From: Callorhinchus milii | Taxonomy: Eukaryota | DNA length: 64,000 nt | Assembly (NCBI RefSeq): GCF_018977255.1 | Contig: NW_024704742.1 | Span: 67,954,001-68,018,000, forward strand | Reading direction: 5' to 3' | Part shown: piece after piece, positions 53,023 through 64,000 of the stretch | Layout: the number at the start of each line of letters is the position of its first letter | Numbering within the stretch: position 1 is the stretch's first letter | Translations under genes and position numbers: made by a program | Notes under the pieces: model-generated | Database searches by the model: none | What the model was told of the DNA's origin: nothing | What the model saw: only the letters and a program-made list of their open reading frames with translations

Positions 53023-54459
53023 TTAAGCAATTTATTATAATAATATAAAAATAAGCTTTGTATTTGATATAGGGTCTTATCACATTGTTGAGACATCTCA
53101 AAGTGCTTCACAGAACATATATTATAAAGTTTATTAAATGTATATTTTGTGGAAAAAACGTGGCAACCAATTACACACAGCCGTATCCCACAAACAGTCG
53201 TGGATAGAGTGACCAATTTCTTTTTTTTTGAGGAATTATTACCCCCGGAAAAGGGATCCGCTAATTGGCTAACAACCAGGTTCTTACTGCGAGGTAAACA
53301 GAGGCGGGTGGAGTAAGAAAACTTGCCCAATGTTTCGCCCTGCCTTGAATCAAACTCAAGTCTCTTGCTTGCGAGGCAAGTGTTATAACTACAGAGCTAC
53401 AAAATACCCTTACCTAACAAAAATCTATCTATTTCAGTCTTGAAAATTTGAATAGACAGCATCTTTTGGGGGAGAGAGTTCCAGATTTCCACTACTCTTT
53501 GTTTGAGAAAATTATTCAGGAGGTGAATAACAGTTTAACTGGAAGTTAATTTGCCAACACATGGCTTTTTTATCTTTTATGAACAGTGTTATTGGTTCTT
53601 TAGCATCGAACTAAATGGGAAGACAAGACCCTCATTTAACATTTCATCCAAAGGATTGCACTTCATCATTGCAGCGCTCCCGCAATGCTGCACTGGAATG
53701 TCAGCCTTGACCTCAAAGTCCCTAACGTGGATCTTGAACCCACAACTTTCTTCTACAAACTGAGCTGGGCTGGTACCTTAAAGTATTGCACAAAAACAAA
53801 ACAATACGACAATGTGCCAATGTTACCAGAAATATTGTGATGATCCACATTAAAAAAATTTGCCCATAGTCAGTCACATTACAGCATATCCCATGAAGCA
53901 TTCGAGATGTCTCAACGATGTGATAAGGTGCTATATCAAATTCAAGGATTATTATCATTAATAATAAATATTGCTATTTTACTTTAGCTTAGGATTCAAC
54001 GTTCATTTTTGAGTTAATAGCAAATTCTTTTGAACAAAGTGTTGATTCTTTCGAGAACAAATTTCTGTTAGGAAATAATATCTTGGGATACAGTATATAG
54101 TTTGGGGCATGACATGAACATGCTACTACTAGGATGGTGGAACGCAAACTGAATGGACCTTGGTCTTCTTCCACCTAGCAAATCCTTATGTTCTTATGTT
54201 CTTAAACTGCATTAAATCGCTTTGACATTCTGAATTTCTAAGAACATGTAACTCTAATCGGTGCTTGCAATCTTCAACATTGTGCACTACATAGCATTAA
54301 CCACAATAAACCCTCAGGAGCCACAGAAAATCCCAGGTGCAGCGCCTAGCAGACAGATGTGTTTTTGCAGCACCTGTTATTCTGTGCCACCAGGAGAATG
54401 GCAAACAATCATGCCTCTTTTAAATGATAATTCAGTAATTCAACAACAACAGATTACAT

Positions 54460-54905
54460 GTGTATAGCACCTTTCATGTGGGGAGGACATCTCAAGGCAT
54501 TGTAGAGTCAACAATTTAGCCCCGAGCAAGAGGTTGGGATCAGGAGGGGTGGAGGGCAGGGAGCTTACGGCTGAATGGGTGACTGAAGGCTCGGTCGAAG
54601 AGGAGGGTCTTGAGACATGCTTTGAAGCAGGCCATGTAGGGGGCAAGGTGAAGCGACTGTGGGATGGAGTTCCAAAGGGTGGAGGCAGAGAGGCTAAAGG
54701 CCTGACCGCCGATGGTGGGCAGGGGACATGGAGCAGGCTGGAGCCTGCTGGAGGGAGCGGACAGGTCTGTATGGAGTTAGCAGGTCACAGAGGTAGGGAG
54801 GAGCAAGATAGTGGACAGCTTTGAAGGCAAGGATGAGGATTTTGAACTCTGTCCTCTGAGGGATGGGGAGCCAGTGGAGTTGGACGAGGGTTGGATGATA
54901 GGGTC
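54460..54905 (-). mobile_element. L2 3' fragment
   Basis: Similar to the 1045-1875 copy, with (TTG)n tail. Confidence 0.8.
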
Positions 54906-57102
54906 AAGATAACTTCAGCACACTCTGCAAACTAAATAGGTTTCAATATCCATTCAAGGGCAATTGGGGTGTTGGGTGGGTGTAGAGTGGGTGGAGGTGG
55001 GGAGGAGGAGTTGGTGGAATATAAAATATTTCTTATTGCATCTTGCAGACAATTGCATCTAACTGTCAGCTTAAACTCAGGTGCATGTGGCTAGCCTTTG
55101 TGGTCCCTTTGTGAAAGGCAGGACACGTGTAAAGTATTATAGGGTAGAAGTGTTGAGAAAAGGTGGTAAACATTCCACCTATTTGAGTCACTTGTTCAGA
55201 AATTATTAATATGTGGCTTGAACAATAAAGTTATTCCCCCACTTCTATTTTGTGTCATGGAACATTGGAGATTTTAACTATTAAGGTTTTCGCTGGGGTT
55301 CATCCAATATTTGGTCGCTCGGATCCTCACCCTCACTACCTTCGCAAGCCCATCACTCTATCCTCACCAGGCTCCACTCGTGGATTCCCGTTGGTTAGTG
55401 CGGTCGCTTTGCAAACGAGAGGACCTGGGTTCGATTCCCGGGCAGGGCGTTAATGACCTTCGACAAGTTTCCTTACTCCACACGTCTCTCTCTGTTCACT
55501 GATTAGTCGATTGGTGGATCGCTTTCCGGGAGGTATTAATCCCTCCAAAAGCAAATAAATTTGGTCACTCAGTTCATGATTGTTTGTGGGACACTGCTGT
55601 GCGCAATTGACTGCCGGGTTTCGCCCTCACAATATACAGTCAATTCACTTTATAGTATATTCTGTGAAGCGCTTTGAAACATGGCGTGATAAGGCTCTAT
55701 ATCAAATGCAAGGATTCTTATTATTATATTACTGTCTTTCTGTTTCTCAGACTTGAAGATCCTCTCTCTCACCTACAAATCCCTATGTAACCCTCGCTCT
55801 TCCCTCTGTGACCTTCTTTAGCCTCACTTCTGCTCACCCCCTGCATTTGGCTTACTCAGGCCAGCTGTGACTACAAATAGGTCATCGACAACAACAACAA
55901 CTTGCATTTATCTAGCGCACTTCACTCAGGATAGCATCTCGGAGCACACGGAGGTACAGAGTGCTTTGTCACTTTCTTGATCAGTGTTTTTCACATAGAA
56001 TCATAGAATCCTATAGCACAGAAGGAGATTATTCAGCCCATCGGGCCTGTGCTGGCTCTTTGAAACAGCTATTGAATTAGTCCCACTTCTCCACTCTTAC
56101 CCCAATTTTTTTTTCTTCCATGTACAGCTTTATCCTAAAGTACTGTTCTAGGTTTCCTTTTTCAATACCCTTCATCCCGGGATGAATTTAAAAGTAAACC
56201 CAGATCAATACTTTAGGACACAGGAAGATAGTAGAACAAGAGGATATAGGTTTTGTTGTAAAGGGCAACTTCAGGACAGACACCAGGATGTTTTTGCCCA
56301 GAGTGTAATTAATGACTGGAACAGGTTACCAGGAAGGGTTGCTGAAGCCTGGACATTGGGACTCATTTAAAAAGCAGCTTAATGTAATGATGGCAGGGAT
56401 GTGTTCTGAAGGGATGAGATCAGATTGGCCGAAGGGTCTTCTTCACCCAGACCTATCCTGTGATCTTTGTGTGATCTGCGAGTTTAATCAATCCACATGA
56501 ATCTTCTCTGAAGCATCTGTTGCGTAAGCCCTGCCTCTCCGACCTGCTTACTCCCCAACCCACCATCCCCTACCTCCACTCGACCGGCTCCGGTCTCCAT
56601 CCATGTTCCTTGTGCCCTCTGTTCCACCATTGGTGACCACGCTTTCAGTCACTATGCCCGAAAACTCTGGAACACTCTTCCTCTATCCCTCCGCCTTGTC
56701 CTTTCCTTCCCCATCTTCAGATCGCACCTGAAAACCTTCATCTATGGCTGTGCCTACGGTCACCTCCCGCTTCCCCTGGCTCGGCATCATGCTCCTCCAT
56801 TGTCAAGCGTTCTGGGACACTGCCCTGTGTCTGAGGCATTATATAAATGCAAGTTGTTGTTGTTGTGTTTTGTGGTAGAGTTCTTGTAGTAGAATACAAA
56901 TTCAAGACTACTCAGAATTTTGGATTATTTTGAAAATTTAGTCTGAATTTGGGAAAAAAAGTGAGAAGAAACAAATTAAGAATGAATTTAAGAAATGTCC
57001 AAAATTCTGTGTAGCCTCAAATTTTAAAATGATGGAGTGTTTAGGTTCAAACCAGAAGAGATTTCAGAGAGTCAACTGAGTGTCAACTTCTTACAAAATA
57101 CA

Positions 57103-57625
57103 ATACAAAATTCCATTTGTATAGCGCCTAGCATGGTCGGAGGACATCCCAACCCACTGGACAGTCAGGAATTTGGCCCCAAGCTGGGGGGTTGGGATCA
57201 GGAAGAGTGGGGGGCAGGGAGAGTAGGAAGGTGGCCGAAGGCTCAGTCAAAGAGGAGGTTCTTGAGACATGCCTTGGAGCAGGCAAGGGAGGGAGCATGG
57301 TAAAGGAACTGTGGGATGGAGATTCAAAGGGTGGGGGCAGATTGGTGAAGGCCCAATTGTCGATGGTGGAGCGGGCTGGGTGGGAGTTGTGGAGCAAGCC
57401 ACAGCCTGCTGAGCAGGGAGAATGGACAGGTTGCCGAATGAGGGTTTTGGCAGCCTCAGAGTTGAGGTAGTGGTGGAGCCGGGCAATGTTGGGGAGGTGG
57501 GGGAAGGCAGAGCGGGTCATTGCACACATGTGGGGTAGAAAGGACAGTTGAGGGTCAAGCAAGATGCCAAGGTTCTGGACTGGCTCTGTGAGGTGGAGTG
57601 TGTATTCTTGGATGGTGATGCTGAA
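57103..57625 (-). mobile_element. L2 3' fragment abutting the Tx1 fragment
   Basis: VQNLGILLDPQLSFLPH motif and L2 tail. Confidence 0.8.
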
Positions 57626-58800
57626 GGTCATGTCCCGGCTACAGACCCAATTGCAGAACCTCCTGCAACAACAGGCTGAGGGAACTGATGTCAGAAAAGA
57701 ATTCCAGGAGGTGAAGGGTCAGCAAACTGTGCACTTTGCTGCCCAGGCCTCCAGGGTCATCTTCCAATCCAGGGTGCTCAGGATAGAACAGGACGAGATG
57801 GGCTCACGTTTCTTCTTTTAAAAAGTGAGCAGAGGAAGTTCTGTTATCACTGGGCTGAGGGTCAAAACAGGCTGAGTGCATGCGGAGCAGGCTGGTATGC
57901 AGAGGATCAGCAGATCCTTTTATGCTGACCTGTACTGTCAAAAACCCACAGAGACCACGGCCTCCAGGGATATCCCATCTGCCCTCACCGAGCTGCTGGA
58001 TGAGGAGAGCCGGGAGCACTTAAACAGGCCTCTCTCCCTGCACGAACTAACCAGGGCCGTCAAATCCCTCCAGACTGGTAAGACACCAGAGGCGATGGCC
58101 TCCCAGTGGAGCTCTACTCAGCTCTGTGGGACCTGCTGGGCTCGGACCTGCTGGAGGCCGACAACAACCTGCTGCTATCAGGGACCATGAAACAGAAGGG
58201 TGAGAGGGAGGAGATAAAGAATCGGTGACCAATCTCGCTACTGAATGTAGACTGTACGATCCTGGCAAAGATGATCTCCAAGCGGATAAAGACTGTCCTC
58301 GGGCGGGTAGTACACCCAGACGAGACCTGCTCGGTTCCGGGCCAAAGGATCTCAGACAGTCTCACGCTGCTCAGGGATACCATCGCCTACTTGCAGGACA
58401 GGGGGGTGATCAAGAAAAAGCCGTTGTCAGGGTATATCACAGCTACGTGGATGAGCCACTCTCCAAAATGGGCTTCTGGGAGGGAATACGCAAGCGCATC
58501 CGACTGCTCTACACAGACATCTGTAGCGCAGTCACAGTTAATGGGTACGAGACTGAGCTGTTCCCCATCAGGTCTGGAGTTAGGGCTGTCCACTATCCCC
58601 CACCCTATTTGTCTGCTGCATTGAAGCCTTTGCACGGGCCATCAGGAGGGACGAGAGCATCAGAGGTGTCACCATCCCAGGCAGCCACGGCTCACAAGCC
58701 AAGGCCTCCCTGTATATGGATGATGTCACTGTCTTTTGTACAGACCAAAAATTGGTCTTGATCCTGCTAGGCATTTGCAAGCGGTTTGAGCAAGCCTGAA
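57625..58800 (+). mobile_element. Tx1/L1-clade LINE ORF2 fragment, degenerate
   Basis: Broken frames with FYADLY, LHELTRAVKSLQTGKTP, PISLLNVD, KRIKTVLGRVVHPDETCSVPG and YMDDV. Confidence 0.85.
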
Positions 58801-61800
58801 ATGTCACAAAGAAGAATAGAAATTTCTTGGAAAATAATGCACATAAAAATTAACGCAATTAAAAAAAAAAGAAATTATCACCATTTTATTTTCATTTTAT
58901 TTTGAACGTGCAATGGCGCTAATCACAGAATTTCTGCTTTTGTGAGGATTGAAGTCACAATTTACAGGGTGTCCACAAAGTTCCTATTACCCCCTCTGTT
59001 TTTTCTCACAATAAATTTTTATTTTCTGTTGCAGATGAGTCGAATGTAACAATGTTTGCTACCAGTAACTTCCTCCTCATTCACTCCATATTACATAAGA
59101 ACATAAGAAATAGGAGCAGGAGTAGGCCATTCGGCCCTCAAGCCTGCACTGCCATTTAATAGGATCATGGGTGATCTACTAACCTAATTCCATTTAGCCA
59201 CCCTATCCCCATATCCCTTAATCCCTTTAGTTTTGTTATGGAAGATGTTGCAATGAACATTATCTGCCATGAAAATGATTGCGCTCACTCAGACCAATCC
59301 TCTGGCCATCTAAATACAGCTAAACACTTGTACTGAATACAATCAAGTGCTTCTAAATACAATTATCACCATTCTTCCACATGTTTCAGTTGTTGGTCAG
59401 TGGACTGTAGAGAAAAATATGGGGATAACAGGACTTTGTAAACACTCTGTACACATAAACAGTATGGTGCAAGCAGCAAGTGGAATAAGCCACATCATTG
59501 TTATTGACTAAATGAAAAAGCTTTTACGGAGGACATGTGTTTTGACTGCCACCAATGGTGCATTTACCTGAAGATTATCTACAAACGCTGAAATTCCTCT
59601 CTAAGCCACGGCTCAAAATGTTCGAAGATGATCACTTGGAATTACACTGCAAGATTTTAGCATTGACAGAAATAAACTTGTAAGGGCTGATTAACAAGTT
59701 GCTGGTTTGTTCATGAAGGTGGTATAATGTTCTGATGCAACTTTGTTAAAGAATAAAAGTTTCCAAATAACATTCCTCTCTCTGTCTCTCTCTCTTTGCA
59801 TTTCTTCAAAGCCCGTGGATGTGTTAAGCATACCTGCAATAGATAGAAAAAGACATGATAAACAGTACCGGACCATAATCCACCAATAACATGGGTTGGT
59901 AATGTAACAATCTATCATTTTAATGTCTCTAAAATTATCTTTGGGTTTTCTTTGGGAAACAGGATTGCTTAGTGCAGTGGTGGCCAATGTTTTTAGTCGA
60001 CCAGCCAAATAAAATTTTCTTTATTGAATTTTTCTTCATATATGTCCTCTCCAGGCTGCCTTGTACCTCCTGCTCCACCTCTCTTCCTGTCACCCTCCCC
60101 GATGCCTCTCCTCTCATAATATATTTAAAAAGGTGCCATACATACATTTCAAGGCTGCTGGGTGCTACTCTGTCACTGGCTAGATCCACAAGTTAACACT
60201 TTACTTATACACTCCTTTGCCACCTAATAAACTGTGTGCGGTCAAATGCTTGTGCATTACAAACCAGAAAAGAAATCAACTCATTTTGCTCTGCTTAAGA
60301 ACTATAGACATTTACAACACCGAAGAAAGCTGTTGGGCCCATTATATCTGTGCAGGCTCTTTGAACAAGGAACCCTTTCATTTACGTCTAGCTGCCTTTT
60401 ACCTTGTAAGCGCTCTGGGACGCGTGAGGAGCGATATATAAATGCAAGTTGTTGTTGAGATGCTACCCTTTGGGAAAGCCACAATATAAATCTAGGTTGT
60501 TGTTGTTTCATACTTCATTGATATTTGTGGAAAATTATTGCGTTCAAAACTGGATGCCACATTTGTCTACAAAACACACAATCATTACACTTTACAGTAT
60601 ATTCTGTGACACACTCTGAGACATCCTCCTGACATGAAAGGCGCTGTATCAAATGTAAGGATATTATTATTATTACTTTTATTATTATTAACCTAATGAA
60701 TCCCTTCCATTTTCCTGCAGGTCCCACCTTGCTCTGATGTCTAGTTCAATGGATAATCATTTGATATCTCATTCTAAGTCAAGACAGTGTAACAGCAGAC
60801 TTTTTGATCACTAAGGGCATCATAACCAAGTCAGATCTTCTTGTCACCCAACAAATGCCTGCAGCACCCAATAAAGCTCAATAAATCAATGATCAGGAAG
60901 AAGGGGGGAAACACTGGTCAATTTTCCTGCTCAACCGCCCAATTGTAGCAGCTCTGCTGCCACAGTGAGTAAAGGGGAGGGGAACGGTGAGTGTGGAGGT
61001 AGGGGGGCATGTCGTCAAATGATAAGGGAAACACAGTACACAAGGAGGAATCAATGTGAGTAATTTCAAGAAACTTTTACACTCTAATGTCTCTCCCACT
61101 CAAATGGTTTCAGTGTTTGTCGGAAAATGAGCCTTGGTTTACTGGATATCCAAGTAGAGAACCAAGTCCTAAAATACAATACTTGTGAAACCGAGGCTTC
61201 CACTTTGCTCTATCAAACCTTTCCAGATAGCACTTCATTTGCTTCAAAACAAGAGGACGCATTCTGAAACATTTCTACCTAGGACAGTTAGAGGTGACAT
61301 CCGAAAAACATTTCTTCACACTTAAACCCAGGTTTGATTCCCCAACTGAGAAAACCCCTAGGCAAGTTTCCTTACTCCACACGCCTCTGTTTACCCAGCA
61401 GTAAGTAGGAACCCAGCTGTTAGTTGATTGGCAGATCGCTTTTCGAGGGATAATAATCCCTCAAACAAATTTGATCACTCAATCCATGACTTTTTGTGGG
61501 ACACTGCTGTATGTAATGGCTGCTGCGTTTCACCCATAAAATACACACTTTACAGTATATTCTGTGAAGCGCTTTGAGATGTCTCAACGACATGATAAGG
61601 CATTATATCAAATTCAAGGAATATTATTATTATTAGAGGGTTGTAAAAATGTGGGCTGGATTGCCTCCAGAAAACGGTAGAAGCAAAATTAATGTGGATG
61701 TTCAAAAATGAGATAGATACTTGAGAAGTATTAAGGGGTAAGGAGAAAAGGCAGAAAAATGAGATGCTGTGATCTAATAAACTAAGGGAACAGGTTGAAT

Positions 61801-64000
61801 GAACTGCTACAATTGGGCGGTTGAGCTGGAAAATTGATCGTAGTAATAATAATCCTTGTTTTTGATATAACGTCTATCCTCCTGACGTGAAAGGCATCTA
61901 TAAATGTAATTTTGTTGTTGTTGTATTATGTCAAAACATCTCAAAGATCCTCCAGTTATTCCCATCTACAATAGCAACAACAATTTACATTTGAATAGCG
62001 CCCTTGTCTATCTGTATAATGTTACATCTTACAAACACGAACAGATTGGAGCATTATACAAAATAATTCTTGCATTTAATATATATTTGACACACGACCA
62101 GCAAAACTGAACCACCTTTAAAGCAAATAATTCTCGAGAATTTATAAAGGCAGAAAACTTGACAGAGCATTATTTGCCAATCTATTTCAGATATGAACAA
62201 CAACAAATTACATTTATCTTACGCCCTTCATCTGGCTCTCTTTATGATAATGATCCTCGCATTTGATATATCACCTTATCACATTGTTGAGACGTCTCAA
62301 AGTGCTTCACAGAATTTTACTGTAAAGTGTAGTGACTGTATTACTAGGTGAACCCAGCGGCCAATTTACATTGAGCAAAGTCCTACAAATGAAGCAAACT
62401 TTATAACTTTAAAATATACATTAAAATATACTTTATAATTTAGAGACAAAAATATTCAGATTAAAACTGCTATCCATGAAATGGGGCGACTGAGTGCATT
62501 TTGTGGCAAAATGCAGCAGCCAATTTGCAGAATTGTCCCACAAACAACCATAGACCAGTTTTATTTCAGGGATTGTTGGCCAGGGCACTGAGAGAGAGAA
62601 ACTCTGTTATATTTTTGAATAGTGCCATGGGATCTTTAACGTCCAACTGGATGGGCAGATGGGAACTTGGTTTAACAACGCATCCAACGGACTGCACCTC
62701 TGACAATGCAGCTCACGCCTAGCACTGCATTGGAGTGTGATTTAGACTGTGCAAGTACCAAGTCCTGACATGGGGCTTGAACCCACAAACTACTGACTCA
62801 AAGACAAGCACTACCAACTGTGTCAGACTGGGGACAGCAGGATTTAGTTATTGACTTACAATGGCGATGACAGATTTGATGTGCCAGTTAACGCGTCGTA
62901 CATGTCTTTTTGAAGGTAGAGCGGCCAAATCTACACATATTCCAAAATGTTGAACTATGCAAATGTAAAGTAGCTGTTTTTGACATGTTGCCAAAAACCT
63001 TTGAGAAGTATCCCATTGTGCAACAAACTTTGCTTCATATTAGCTCAATACCTTCAGTAAGTAGTGAATATTCACCTTGAAATCTTTTGCTTTACTAATT
63101 GAGTTTCTTAAATGCACTAGTTGTCTCTCTGTCATCTATCTCATTGTTGAGCCACAGCAACGTGCATTGTAGCTTCACGAAGTATAAAGCAATGCTCATT
63201 GCTATCACACAAAATGTTGGAAATTGGGGTCTAATTTGTGGAATTTCTTGATGAAATTCCTTATTCCCTCCTCATCAACATTCACCCCCAAAATACTCAT
63301 TAGTTGACTGCTCATCTCATTTCTGGCTGTGTCCCACAAGCTGATGCAAATTAGTCTCCACAAAAATATTCAGATCATTTCTAACTGTTTCCATTCAGTG
63401 CTTTGAGACAAGTTCTATATGTGAAAGGCGCTTTAAATAAATGTCAGTTGTTGTTGTCTTCACTTCCCATTCTAACACTAATTTTCCTTCACAAAGGTAA
63501 GAACTATTATTTGAAGTAAACACTAACTGTATGAAGACAGTGGTTTGACTTTAAGTATAAGTATTGTCCCCACAAACACATATCACCCTCATCTCGGGTG
63601 CCCATCCAGCAATGTTAAGCACTTTTAGACATTCTCCTGATGTGAAATGCTCTTTATAAACTACATTAAATTGCATTGCTCCAGTGTATAGATGCTATAT
63701 CAAATGACAAAATTCTAATTGTATTATTATTATTATTTGATGTGTTATCAAATACACATAAAGTTCATTTTTACAGTGCCTGATCCTGTCAAAATACTCC
63801 AAAGTGCTTCCTGGTAATTATTGGCAAGTGCAGTGACTGTTTTTTTGATAAAAGTGATTGCTGATTTACACACAGATACAATCCACAGGGCTTGCAAGAA
63901 AAGCAAATACTACCAATTAAGTTTGGTTGAAATCTGACATAGAGAACCATCCAATTAAAAAACAATATAAAGAAAATACACAGGGATACTATGAAAACTT

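Overview
Vertebrate genomic DNA rich in repeats, most likely from a cartilaginous fish (a chimaera such as elephant shark). This is inferred from Deu-domain SINEs, L2/CR1 LINEs and a CXH-type CD8 tail. Two genes lie tail to tail, as in the known RMND5A-CD8A-CD8B linkage. The last four coding exons of RMND5A are on + (2117-7055). An almost complete CD8A is on - (leader, IgV, hinge, TM and cytoplasmic exons at 39225-33236; the terminal exon is unresolved). A possible 3' end of another minus-strand gene, perhaps CD8B, lies near 58.9-59.8 kb. The rest is mostly tRNA-derived SINEs, L2, CR1 and Tx1 LINE fragments, LTRs and simple repeats. I found no clearly new biological system. The most unusual items are a 12-unit minisatellite that amplifies the CD8A V-exon splice donor, RUNX/ETS/NFAT/T-box clusters around CD8A, a nested SINE/minisatellite/solo-LTR, a perfect 35-bp hairpin, and traces of an old local duplication of CD8A intronic DNA.
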